From: a virus
DNA: 64,000 nucleotides
IMG/VR virus record: IMGVR_UViG_3300027722_000005
Coordinates: 1-64,000 of that record
Strand: one strand, 5' to 3'
Part shown: positions 49,557 through 58,661 of the stretch, piece after piece
How positions within the stretch are numbered: the first letter of the stretch is position 1
Layout: each line of letters starts with the position of its first letter
The notes under the pieces: generated by a model
The model's database searches: none
What the model was told of the DNA's origin: nothing
The model's input: only the letters and a program-made list of their open reading frames with translations
Program-made: the position numbers and the translations under genes

Positions 49557-50009
49557 ATGGACAAGGAAAGGGCGCAAAAAGAAATCGAGCGCATTTTTGA
49601 ACAGTGCTCGGGCTTCGAACTGGCATTCGAGGACTGGACGGGCACCGGCGAGGATGATTTGTGCGTGACCATTAACCACCAGCAGGGCGACTATGTCACG
49701 CATCTGTATTTGACCGGCGAGGATGGCGACGTTTTCCTCTACGTTGGAGAGGACGTGATCGATGTACTGACCGAGGCAAACGTGTGGCGCGTCCTGGCGT
49801 ATGATGCCATGCATAGCGCGGAGGTACTGGCGGACGAAATCGAGCGGCTGGAGGCAGAGTTGAAGCAAGCGCGGGCGGACGAGCGCGAGCGGTGCGCCAA
49901 GGTCTGCGAAATGCATGCCGCAGGGTGGCGGGGGCCAGTCGTTTTCAATGGCGCCAGGGCCGATGAGGCACGACTTTGCGCCGATGACATTCGGGCGTCG
50001 AACGGGTAG
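49557..50009 (+). CDS. Hypothetical protein
   Basis: MDKERAQ...; ERERCAKVC...CADDIRA tail. Confidence 0.6.
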   Translation: MDKERAQKEIERIFEQCSGFELAFEDWTGTGEDDLCVTINHQQGDYVTHLYLTGEDGDVFLYVGEDVIDVLTEANVWRVLAYDAMHSAEVLADEIERLEAELKQARADERERCAKVCEMHAAGWRGPVVFNGARADEARLCADDIRASNG

Positions 50010-50030
50010 GCGCAAGCAAGGATAGCCCCT

Positions 50031-50207
50031 ATGACTAACACCCCCCGAGGCCGCGGCCGCCCCGTGCTCACCCCTGCCGAGCCGACCAAGCGCATCACCG
50101 TTACCCTGCCCGTCTCGCTCGTGGCCTACCTGAGGCGGCTGGGCCATGGCAACAAGAGCGAGGGGGTCCGCGCCGCTATCGAGTTCCACCGGGAGAATCG
50201 CCCCTAG
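50031..50207 (+). CDS. Small ribbon-helix-helix-like protein (58 aa, not in ORF track)
   Basis: RGRGRP...KRITVTLP...LRRLGHGNKSEGVRAA. Confidence 0.7.
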   Translation: MTNTPRGRGRPVLTPAEPTKRITVTLPVSLVAYLRRLGHGNKSEGVRAAIEFHRENRP

Positions 50208-50297
50208 TTCGTGCTCGCCGCGTTCCTTCCGATAAGAGCGCATAGCGGGCACGAACCGGACTGTACTTATTTGGTCTGAAACTGGCCCTTTACACTC

Positions 50298-50326
50298 TTG
50301 CATTTTAGGGCGATATATGGTATGAT
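50298..50326 (+). promoter_or_regulatory. Sigma70-type promoter
   Basis: TTGCAT-17-TATGAT with TGn extension. Confidence 0.65.
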
Positions 50327-50380
50327 GGTGTGCGTGAGCACACTATATCTTGTGGTGGTTATCACAACCCATAATTTGGG

Positions 50381-50554
50381 GTGAGCCCGCCGGGTCTGAC
50401 ACCGGCCCAACTCGCAGCGTTAGAGCAGTGCATTGCAGAAGTCTGCCAGCGCAGCGGGTGGGGCAGAGTCGAGATCATCATCGAGCGGGGCAGGGTGCGG
50501 CGGCTGTGTCCGTGCCCATCGTTGGACCTTGACAAGTTAGGCGAGAACGGATAG
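50381..50554 (+). CDS. DUF2292/YezD-like small protein (57 aa, not in ORF track)
   Basis: SGWGRVEIIIERGRVRRL motif. Confidence 0.5.
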   Translation: MSPPGLTPAQLAALEQCIAEVCQRSGWGRVEIIIERGRVRRLCPCPSLDLDKLGENG

Positions 50555-50691
50555 GCGCGGCGGCGTGGAAAGTCGGAGACACGCACCGACCAGGAACTCG
50601 CGGCGGGGTCCGGGCATTGCAGGGCCAGGAGAGACAGGCGCAATGCCAAAACAGGGCAAGTCGGCGTACCGCCCGGCCCGCGCCATCCGTT
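50546..50691 (+). ncRNA. Putative structured, tRNA-like RNA
   Basis: Closing stem AACGGATAGGCGCGG/CCGCGCCATCCGTT with three internal hairpins. Confidence 0.4.
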
Positions 50692-50752
50692 TAGCATAGC
50701 TGACCCGCCAAGCGCGGGCACAGTATCGGGGGCCGTTCTGCGGTTCTTGCTC

Positions 50753-50825
50753 GCTCTCGTAGAGGAGCGGAGTCCTCACCGCGCTGTCAACGCGGAGATC
50801 GTGGGTTCAAATCCCACCGGGGGCG
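50753..50825 (+). tRNA. trnD: tRNA-Asp (GTC), no encoded CCA
   Basis: Acceptor GCTCTCG/CGGGGGC, D stem GAGG/CCTC, anticodon stem CCGCG-CTGTCAA-CGCGG, T arm GTGGG-TTCAAAT-CCCAC. Confidence 0.9.
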
Positions 50826-50971
50826 CGTGTATCTGAAACGGGGCTCAATCTCCGCAAGTAGGATGCATCCGGCGGCGCCACCGGCTCCCACAGACTAACC
50901 GGGGGCCGGGGCGCACGCTTTACAAATCGAATAACCGTATCTGCCAGCCCGGCAGATGTTGAAAGACACAC

Positions 50972-51003
50972 GGGGCTGACCTTAATTGGTCAGCCCCTTT
51001 TTT
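50972..51003 (+). terminator. Intrinsic terminator
   Basis: GGGGCTGACC-TTAATT-GGTCAGCCCC-TTTTTT. Confidence 0.85.
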
Positions 51004-51180
51004 GTTGTCTCACCCCCGGCGCTGATCCCGCCGGGCCGACGCGGGCAACCGTCGTCTCTGCCCATCCCCGCCGGGTGAACGTCGGCTCCATGCCGTGTGG
51101 TGCCGAGGCCGCGGCCGCGAGGCACCCTAGCCCGGCAGGGGTGGGCGCTATAGGGACAATATGAGGACAGTGTAGGGACA

Positions 51181-51516
51181 ATGACTAAGCGCAAACTGCT
51201 ACGCTATCTGGTACGCCGAATCGAGTATCTTGAGCGCCGCGTGGCCGACCTGGAGGCCATCGTAGCGGCCGTGCCTGCTGCCGAGCCGGTGACATTCGTT
51301 TTTACCTGGCTGCCGGGTGACGACAGGACAGACACGGCAACCTGGGGCAGCGCCAAGGTGCAGGCAAGTAAGCCGGACGCGCGGTATCTTGATATGCTCA
51401 ATTCCCTGGGCCAATGTCGCTGCACGGTGGTGCCGAGTGAAACAGGTGAGCCGTTGCAGACATTCCCGAACGCGGCAGATTTCGCCCGGTACGAGCCGGG
51501 CGAGTTGAGGATTTGA
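51181..51516 (+). CDS. Hypothetical protein
   Basis: First ORF of the (+) late block. Confidence 0.5.
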   Translation: MTKRKLLRYLVRRIEYLERRVADLEAIVAAVPAAEPVTFVFTWLPGDDRTDTATWGSAKVQASKPDARYLDMLNSLGQCRCTVVPSETGEPLQTFPNAADFARYEPGELRI

Positions 51517-51944
51517 CCGTGGCAAAGTTCAAGAAAAAGCCAGTCGTGATCGAGGCCGTCCAGTGGCTCCCCGGCGTTCAGATCGAGGGCGTGCGAGGGG
51601 TTGACCCGTGCTCGCCAGATGACCCGGCCCACGGCTTCTATATCGAGTATGCCGAGATCGAGACGCTGGAGGGCGTGATGCGTGTCTCGCCTGGCGATTG
51701 GGTGATCACGGGCGTCAAGGGCGAAAAATATCCCTGCAAAGATGACATTTTCAAGGCGACTTACGAGGCACTTGACCTGCTTGACGAACGCGCCGAGGGG
51801 CCATGCACTTGCACCAAGGCGCAAGAAATTGGCGATGATTCAACCCTCTGCCCTTCCTGCGAGGCGCGGCAAGAACTGGACTGGCTCGCAGACTCACGGC
51901 GGGCAACCGTCCGAATGTTTGAGCGCGAGAGGGTGCCCGCGTGA
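51513..51944 (+). CDS. PGDYG-like phage protein
   Basis: KKKPVVIEAVQW...IETLEG...PGDWVITGVKGEKYPCKDDIF..TYE. Confidence 0.85.
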   Translation: MTVAKFKKKPVVIEAVQWLPGVQIEGVRGVDPCSPDDPAHGFYIEYAEIETLEGVMRVSPGDWVITGVKGEKYPCKDDIFKATYEALDLLDERAEGPCTCTKAQEIGDDSTLCPSCEARQELDWLADSRRATVRMFERERVPA

Positions 51945-52375
51945 CCCGCTGCCTTATCACCACCACCTACGTCCTTGACCTGGCCCTTGTCGATGAGGGC
52001 AAAGCCACGCGCTATGGCCCTGGCGTCATGGACGGCGTTGTGCAGAACCGTCTCAAGTGGCAGCAGATAACCCCCGAGCAGATTCAGCAAGCGGCGGGCT
52101 TCGTCGCCTTGCAGAAGAAGGAATACATCGGCCGCTGGGCCTGGATTGAGTGGCCCGACGGCCAACTTACCGGGCCGTACCTCGTGACCGATTGCGGCGC
52201 GGCCCAGGACCAGGACCACCTTGACGCCATCTCATTTGCCGTGGATCTGTCCTACGAGCTGGCCGTCAAATTCGGCGTGATTGACATGCCCCGCTGGGGC
52301 GTGCGTGTCTACGTTCAGGAGGGCGTGCGGCGCTACCTGGATGAAACGTATCAAATTCGAGGGGAGGAAACATGA
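51941..52375 (+). CDS. Putative DPBB/3D-like cell-envelope-active protein
   Basis: GPYLVTDCGA...AVDLSYELA resembles RlpA/3D folds; directly upstream of holin. Confidence 0.5.
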   Translation: MTRCLITTTYVLDLALVDEGKATRYGPGVMDGVVQNRLKWQQITPEQIQQAAGFVALQKKEYIGRWAWIEWPDGQLTGPYLVTDCGAAQDQDHLDAISFAVDLSYELAVKFGVIDMPRWGVRVYVQEGVRRYLDETYQIRGEET

Positions 52376-52902
52376 AAAAGCTGGTTCTCTTTATCTCGTT
52401 GCTGGTGCTGCTTCTGCCGGGCGTGGCACTCGCACAGGAAACGGGCGCGACTCCGCCGCCGGCCGAAAGCCTGAGCATTTTCTTGCAGCTCATCCTGGAG
52501 TCCGTCGTGGCCCTGGTGCTGGTGCCGCTGGCCCTGGCGGGCGTCAAGTGGCTGCTGGCCAAGGCAATGCAGGCCAAGGCGTCGCTGCCTGCCGAGCTGG
52601 TCTACACGTTGGAACAAGTCGCCAAGATTGCCGTGGCCGCCGCGGAACAGTCGGGCCTGGCCGGGCACATCAAGGACACTGCCGAAGACAAGAAGCAGTT
52701 TGCGCTCGAATATGCCGAGAACCTCCTGAGGCAGCAATTTGGCCTGGTGCTCAACCTTGACAAGCTGGGCGCGATGTGGTGGGAAGGCGTGGTGGACGCT
52801 TTGGACGGCGCGATTGAGGCCGACGTGGGCGAACGGAACGCGGCCTTTTCGCCGGAGAAGCGCGGGATGGTCAGTGCCAACGACTTTAAGGCAGCCAAGT
52901 AG
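52372..52902 (+). CDS. LL-H family holin
   Basis: N-terminal TM helices; IAVAAAEQ...KKQFAL...IEADV. Confidence 0.75.
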   Translation: MKKLVLFISLLVLLLPGVALAQETGATPPPAESLSIFLQLILESVVALVLVPLALAGVKWLLAKAMQAKASLPAELVYTLEQVAKIAVAAAEQSGLAGHIKDTAEDKKQFALEYAENLLRQQFGLVLNLDKLGAMWWEGVVDALDGAIEADVGERNAAFSPEKRGMVSANDFKAAK

Positions 52903-52929
52903 CACCGGGCCACCACAGGAGCGTCAACG

Positions 52930-53331
52930 ATGCCCGACGAACCACAGAGCAGGACATTCAATCGGACCGACGGCGTGGCACTCAAGGAGCACCTGGAGGG
53001 GCAAATCAGTGCCCTGCGCTGCTTTTATGATGCTCGTTTCGTGGGGCTGGAAAAGGCGATTGGCACCTCCGAGCGGCGCCTGGACGAACGCCTGGCCAGC
53101 ATGAACGAGTTCCGCTCAGCCATGGGCGACCTGGGCGCCAGAATGGTGACACGGACCGAGATGGCCGTGCAACTGGAAAAGATCGCCGCCGCCGTGGATG
53201 ACCTGAAGCAGTTCCGGGACAGGCTGGATGGCAAGGCGAGCCAGCAGAGCGTCACGATGGCGCAACTCATGGGCATGGCCGGCCTGCTGCTGGGCCTTGT
53301 TAGCCTGGTTGTCGGCATTGTGCTGCGATGA
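52930..53331 (+). CDS. Coiled-coil protein with C-terminal TM helix
   Basis: ERL.SMNEFR..M.D; hydrophobic C-terminus. Confidence 0.65.
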   Translation: MPDEPQSRTFNRTDGVALKEHLEGQISALRCFYDARFVGLEKAIGTSERRLDERLASMNEFRSAMGDLGARMVTRTEMAVQLEKIAAAVDDLKQFRDRLDGKASQQSVTMAQLMGMAGLLLGLVSLVVGIVLR

Positions 53332-53425
53332 GTGACGGGCGCCGCATCCGGTCCCTGGAAGAAGAGCGCGACCGCCTGGCGACGCAAGTCAACCGCATCG
53401 ATAACCGGCGGTCAAAAGCCTAGCA

Positions 53426-54298
53426 ATGGCACTTTTCAAACGGAATACCCGCCGCGTGGTCCTGGCCCTGTCGGACACGCACGGCGGCAGCCGGATCGGG
53501 CTCCTGAACCCGGCGACGGTGCTGGAACGGGCTGACGACCTGGGCCGCGTGGAACGCTGGACGCCCGCGCTCGGCGCAACGCAACGCTGGCTGTGGGAGT
53601 GCTACCAGGCCATCCTGAGCGATGCGGCGGATCTGGCCGGCGACGATGAGATCGTAGCCGTTCACGACGGCGACATTACGAATGGTGACAGGTTTGGCGG
53701 GAACGTGCCGGACACGACGCTTGAGGATCAGCGGGTGATAGCCGAGCACAACATGCTGCCCGTCCTGGCCCTGCCGCAAGTGAAGCGGGCGCGGCTGGTG
53801 ACGGGCACGGCGGTCCACGTCCCGAACTGTGCTGAGGCCCGCGTGGCCGCCCGGTTGGTGCTGCACACGGGCAAGGAAGTCGCCGCACTGCATCACGGCC
53901 GGGCTAACGTTGACGGCGTAGTGTTTGACCTGGCCCACCACGGGCCGCACCCCGGCAGCCGCGATTGGCTGCGCGGGAATGTTGCTCTTTACTATCTCAA
54001 GAGCGCGGTCTACGAGGATAGGCGCATCGGCAAGGAGCCCGCCCGCGTTTACGTGCGCGGCCACTTTCACGAGTACGTGCCGGCCCGCTACGAGGAATAT
54101 TGGAACGACGCGCGGGGCCTGTACGACTTGACGGTCATCCCGTCCTTTTGCGGCCTGAATGACCACGGCCGCAAGGCGACAAGGAGCGCGCCGGTTCTCA
54201 CCGTGGGCATGGTCGCCTACGTTATCGAGGCCGGGCGACTGGCACGCATCGAGCCGTTCACGCGGCGGCTTGACCTGCGAATCGAGGAAACGCTATGA
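53426..54298 (+). CDS. Calcineurin-like metallophosphoesterase
   Basis: LSDTHGG, DGDITNG, GTAVH, HH, RGHFH. Confidence 0.8.
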   Translation: MALFKRNTRRVVLALSDTHGGSRIGLLNPATVLERADDLGRVERWTPALGATQRWLWECYQAILSDAADLAGDDEIVAVHDGDITNGDRFGGNVPDTTLEDQRVIAEHNMLPVLALPQVKRARLVTGTAVHVPNCAEARVAARLVLHTGKEVAALHHGRANVDGVVFDLAHHGPHPGSRDWLRGNVALYYLKSAVYEDRRIGKEPARVYVRGHFHEYVPARYEEYWNDARGLYDLTVIPSFCGLNDHGRKATRSAPVLTVGMVAYVIEAGRLARIEPFTRRLDLRIEETL

Positions 54299-54528
54299 CC
54301 GACGCCGACCGGGCCGCCATCCTGGCCGAGATCGCCGCGCTGATTGGCGACGCTGACCGCGACAGTTTGCCGCAACCGAACTTTACTGTAGCGGATATGG
54401 CGGCGGAGCTTGGCGTGTCGCCGGACGTGGCGCTGAAACGATTGAAGCGACTGGAGCAGTCCGGCGTGCTTGGAAGCCAGATGGTCATAGACGGTGGCCA
54501 TCGGCGGCTTGTCTTTTGGAAGAAGTGA
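54295..54528 (+). CDS. Small winged-HTH protein
   Basis: TVADMAAELGVSPDVALKRLKRLEQSGVL. Confidence 0.7.
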   Translation: MTDADRAAILAEIAALIGDADRDSLPQPNFTVADMAAELGVSPDVALKRLKRLEQSGVLGSQMVIDGGHRRLVFWKK

Positions 54529-54538
54529 GGCTGGGGAG

Positions 54539-54751
54539 ATGGTACTAACGGAAGGCCAGGAAGTGACCCTGGAGTTAACCGTGTTCGGCATTACTACCAC
54601 GGAGCCGCGAAAGGTGCTCACCGTGGACATGGCCGGCATTTGGCTCGACAACGGACCCGGGAATCGTCCTAGTGGACCGTACAACACCACGACCGGCCAA
54701 TGGCGCGACAATGGCGTCATTGTCGGTTCCCGGCAACGTGTAATTCTGTAA
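54539..54751 (+). CDS. Hypothetical protein
   Basis: GGGGAG RBS; MVLTEGQEV... Confidence 0.5.
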   Translation: MVLTEGQEVTLELTVFGITTTEPRKVLTVDMAGIWLDNGPGNRPSGPYNTTTGQWRDNGVIVGSRQRVIL

Positions 54752-54832
54752 CTGTGATAGGCGGCTCGCCGCGGCGACTGTAGCCGGGCGGTATGCGGGT
54801 TGGGGGTGGGGAATGAAAAGTAAGGAGGCGAC

Positions 54833-56128
54833 TTGCCAGAATCAATAATCGTCTATGACTGGCGCGGCAACGTGCGCGACCTGGACTATCTGCGCGGGCG
54901 CTACGGCAATTTCCAGATTCTCGAAGCGGCGGCGGGCAGTGGTCCCGTCTACCGGATCAGGCGCTTGCGCGAAAAGGCAGAGAACGACTTTGACCCGGCG
55001 GTGCTGGCCTCCAGGCGCTACACCCTGGAGGGCCAGGCGTGGGAAGCGCAGCGACTGAACGTGCCCGCGCTGGCACAGATCCACAGCGCCGCGTCAACTA
55101 TGCGCGCCGGTGCCGTGACGATGGCCGCCGCTGCCCTTGTCGTGCGCGTGGCCGACGAACACGGCGCGGCCATAAACGGCCAGCGGGTCGCCTTCTACTG
55201 GCCCGACGCGCCCGTTGACCCGTATGCCGGACCCGCCGGCGGCTTGCTGCCCGGCATGGTTCCGGGGCGCTGCGTGTGGGGTGTGACAGAGCGCGGCGAC
55301 GTGGGCTTTGGCATGGGCCGCGATTCCTACTTCTGGCCGGGCCAGGGGCAGATCGGCCCGCACGCCGTCTGGGTGTACGGCGACGATACCAGAAGCGACG
55401 TGATCCTGGGACTGGGCATGGTCGCGCTAACGGACCACGCGCATTTTGACGTGGAATACGAACGGGTTGAGGGCGGGGATGTACCGCCAGAGGAGGAGGG
55501 AGACTTGCCAGAATACTTTGACGAAAACGGGGCGGAAATGGCCGGGGCCTTGGTACGGGAGCATTACGGCATCCAGGACGTACACCGACCCGCTGAGTTG
55601 CCAAGGTTCGGGCTGGTAGAGCTGATGGCCCGATCCGGCGATAGCAAGGCGCTGGCCGTTTTCGTTGACGACGAAGATGGCGCCCCCCTGCCGGGCGTGA
55701 CCATCGCCCTTGGTCCGCGTGACCGGGCGGGCAACGTGCAGCGCGGCGTGACAGACGAAGACGGCGCGGTCACTTTCGACATTGGCGATGAGACATACCG
55801 CTACAACGTCCCATCGGAACAGGGCCATTGGTGCGTTGCCGTTGAGGGTCCGGCATCCGACGTTTACAATAGCGCCGGCTGGGTATGGACCGGCCGCAAG
55901 AGTCCGGGCAGGTGGTTCGATCTGGTCTTTCGCCGCAAGGTGAACGAAGACGTGCCCGAACCGCCGGGGCCAGAACCGCCCATCCCGCCGGTTGACCCTG
56001 AGTTGCCCGACGAAGCACGGGGCGTGGTCAACGCTGTCATCGAGGCCATCGACACGGCCGTTACCCGACTGGAAGCCGAAATCGACAACCTGGAAGTCAT
56101 GCGCAACACACTGGCGGCGCTGTTGTGA
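54833..56128 (+). CDS. Protein with two carboxypeptidase-regulatory-like (Ig-like) repeats and C-terminal coiled coil
   Basis: AAGGAGG RBS plus TTG start; duplicated V.DE.GA...G..V...G.T...G.V.F...G...V....SDV unit. Confidence 0.6.
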   Translation: MPESIIVYDWRGNVRDLDYLRGRYGNFQILEAAAGSGPVYRIRRLREKAENDFDPAVLASRRYTLEGQAWEAQRLNVPALAQIHSAASTMRAGAVTMAAAALVVRVADEHGAAINGQRVAFYWPDAPVDPYAGPAGGLLPGMVPGRCVWGVTERGDVGFGMGRDSYFWPGQGQIGPHAVWVYGDDTRSDVILGLGMVALTDHAHFDVEYERVEGGDVPPEEEGDLPEYFDENGAEMAGALVREHYGIQDVHRPAELPRFGLVELMARSGDSKALAVFVDDEDGAPLPGVTIALGPRDRAGNVQRGVTDEDGAVTFDIGDETYRYNVPSEQGHWCVAVEGPASDVYNSAGWVWTGRKSPGRWFDLVFRRKVNEDVPEPPGPEPPIPPVDPELPDEARGVVNAVIEAIDTAVTRLEAEIDNLEVMRNTLAALL

Positions 56129-57996
56129 GCCGAGCAGAAAAGCTGGCCGTCATAATCCTGATTGGGCTGTTCGTACTGGGCGAGGCCGTGGTCTTTGCCC
56201 TCGCTCAGAAGGGTTGGGCCACCGAGGCGCCCGCCGCCGAGCCGTTCACTGCGCAACTTGAATTGCGCGGGGAGCTGTGGCGGCTAGAGGGACAAGCGTA
56301 TCTTGTGGGCAGCGTGACGCCCATCCCCACCGACACGCCCATCCCTACTGACACACCGACCCCCACCGACACGCCCGAGCCCATTGCCGACCTGGACGTG
56401 GGCGCGCATGGCTGGGGCTTTGCCCTGGAGACGATGGCCGCGCATCCGCAAGGCAACGCACTGATCGCCGTGCCCATCCCCTTCCAGATGTTACAGGCCG
56501 GTTACACCTGGCCCGATCTCGTAGCCGCCGCGGGCTACGCCGGACCCGCCGAAAGCAAATTCGATGGCCTGGCAAAGACGGCGGCGGGGCAGGCGGGGCG
56601 CGGCGCAAACGCCCTGGTCTACGTGCCCGAAGCGGTGGAAACGTCGGGCAGCGTGCCGTTGCCCGAGACTACCGACCTGGAAGCCTACGTTGACCGGCTG
56701 GCGGCTGTAGCGGCAGAGTACGGTTACATCCCCGTCTATGGGCCGGGCCTGTCGCTCGTGAGTGACCCGGCGACGTGGGCCTACGGCAAAGCCTACGACC
56801 TCCAGGCGGAGCGAATAGCGGATCTGGCGTCGCGCCTGCCCGCCGGTTCGTTCTGGATCTTGAGGATGTTCACGCCCGAGCTGATGTTCGGCCCGACTGC
56901 CGAGTTCGGGCAGGCCGTCGCCGATTATGCCGGGGCCATCCACGCCGGCAACCCGGGCGTCAAGATCATCCTGCACCTGTCCTGCCCGGCGGGGAGCGAG
57001 GCCAAATTCCTCTCCTTCCTGGACGTGAGCCGCGCCTTTATCGACATGGCCTACATGGGCATCGACCCGGTGCGCGACAACGCGGGCACGCTATTGACCA
57101 TGGCCGCCATCCTGGAGGCGACGGGCGCGGGGCCGATTGTCTCACCTACCGACACGCCCGAGCCGCCTACGCCAGCGCCTGCCGTGTTCTACGATCTGGC
57201 CTACGGCCCGGACCCGGCGCACCGGCTTGACCTCTACCTGCCCGGCGGCCCTGGCCCCTACCCCGTCGTGGCCTGGTTCCACGGCGGCGGCTTTGAGATC
57301 CCGGCCGACAAGAGCATGGTACACGAACAATGCCAACTGCTGGCCGACGCCGGTTTCGCCTGTGTCGCGGCCAACTACCGGCAGCACACGGACGGCGCGG
57401 CAGAGTTCTATCTGCCGGCGCAACTCTACGACGCCAAGGCCGTCATCCGCTGGATACGGGCCAACGCCGAAAGGTACGGCCTGGACGGGGAGCGCATCGG
57501 GGCCATCGGTGGATCGGCGGGCGCGTTCCTGTCGGCGACGCTGGGCACCTCGGGTGGCGAAGCAGAGGGCGACGTGGGGCCATACCTGGGTTACCCGTCG
57601 GATGTGCAAGTTTCTGTTGGCCTGGCGGGCGTCTATGACCTGCTGGCCTACTACGCCCGGCCTATCAAGGCGTGCGCTGCCCTGCCCATTGGCGACTCTC
57701 GCTGTTTCGAGAATGAGCTTTTTTACTGCTACTTCAACGACCCGGCCTGCCTGGAGCGGATGCGCCTGTCGTCTGCGTTCCATCACGTCTCGCCTGGTGA
57801 CGCGACAAGCCTGGTTGCCATCGGCACGCTGGACGCCACGCCGAACGGCCTTGCAGATCACGAAGCCTACCACGCTGCCTTGCTGGCGGCGGGTGTGGAT
57901 TCGACGCTGCTCATCATGGACGGCTACGAGCACGCCGAGTTGTGGCCGGACATCGCGCCGGTCTTGCTCGCGTTCTTTGCGGAGCGCCTGCGATGA
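56125..57996 (+). CDS. Membrane-anchored alpha/beta hydrolase (GDXG/BD-FAE-type esterase)
   Basis: N-terminal TM helix, PT linkers, LDLYLP, FHGGGF, NYR, GGSAG, distal D and H. Confidence 0.85.
   Translation: MSRAEKLAVIILIGLFVLGEAVVFALAQKGWATEAPAAEPFTAQLELRGELWRLEGQAYLVGSVTPIPTDTPIPTDTPTPTDTPEPIADLDVGAHGWGFALETMAAHPQGNALIAVPIPFQMLQAGYTWPDLVAAAGYAGPAESKFDGLAKTAAGQAGRGANALVYVPEAVETSGSVPLPETTDLEAYVDRLAAVAAEYGYIPVYGPGLSLVSDPATWAYGKAYDLQAERIADLASRLPAGSFWILRMFTPELMFGPTAEFGQAVADYAGAIHAGNPGVKIILHLSCPAGSEAKFLSFLDVSRAFIDMAYMGIDPVRDNAGTLLTMAAILEATGAGPIVSPTDTPEPPTPAPAVFYDLAYGPDPAHRLDLYLPGGPGPYPVVAWFHGGGFEIPADKSMVHEQCQLLADAGFACVAANYRQHTDGAAEFYLPAQLYDAKAVIRWIRANAERYGLDGERIGAIGGSAGAFLSATLGTSGGEAEGDVGPYLGYPSDVQVSVGLAGVYDLLAYYARPIKACAALPIGDSRCFENELFYCYFNDPACLERMRLSSAFHHVSPGDATSLVAIGTLDATPNGLADHEAYHAALLAAGVDSTLLIMDGYEHAELWPDIAPVLLAFFAERLR
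56317..56376 (+). repeat. 18-bp tandem repeat encoding a (TPIPTD)n linker
   Basis: About 3 copies, in frame. Confidence 0.7.
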
Positions 57997-58320
57997 CGGC
58001 GCACTCTAACGGGGATACCCGCTGCGCTGGGGGCGGCGGTTATTCTACTCTCCTCCTCATGGGCCGGGGCAGCCCTCTCTGTCCCGGCCCCAGGGGTGGG
58101 TGATGAGCCGCACGCATAAGGACAGGCTGCCGGCCGGGATTTGCGCCATTCTCGTTGGTGGACAGGATGGTGCCTATATCCCGCGTTGGAGTTGTCCGGG
58201 CGAAGGGCGTTATTGGAAGCGCCGCTACCACAAGGCCATGCGCCAGTGGCAGCGGGGGCATGGCGGGAGAGAGCACGCCGTCCTGCATTATGGACGGGAG
58301 TGCAATTGGAAGTTGACGTA

Positions 58321-58554
58321 ATGAAAGGGGAAAACGTGGACAAATTCGATTGGGATCAGGCCAACGAGATAGTTGACCTGGACTTGGACGGGAAAATCAA
58401 GATGCTGGGCGCGGTTGCGCGCGAGCTTTTGGGCATGAAGGTTGAGCTTGCCGCCGTCAGTGGACGGCACGCCGAGTTGAAGGCCAACCTTGCCGTTCTG
58501 TCGGCGGTTAAATCGGCGCTGCAATCGTCTATCCGCGCCGAGCAAGCCCATTAG
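58321..58554 (+). CDS. Hypothetical coiled-coil protein
   Basis: MKGENVDKFD... Confidence 0.55.
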   Translation: MKGENVDKFDWDQANEIVDLDLDGKIKMLGAVARELLGMKVELAAVSGRHAELKANLAVLSAVKSALQSSIRAEQAH

Positions 58555-58584
58555 CCTACCGGGGTAGGGTATCCGGCGGGAAAC

Positions 58585-58626
58585 AAAAAAAGGCCCGGCG
58601 CCGGCGGGATGCCGGACACCGGGCCT
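58585..58626 (-). terminator. Intrinsic terminator (minus strand)
   Basis: A7 run followed by AGGCCCGG...CCGGGCCT hairpin between convergent genes. Confidence 0.65.
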
Positions 58627-58661
58627 ACACCTTAACAAGATCCTCAACGGAGATCGGATCG

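Noticed and set aside
50753-50825. tRNA-Asp as a prophage attachment boundary
   Set aside because: Phage-type genes continue on both sides and no duplicated 3' tRNA fragment was seen in the window
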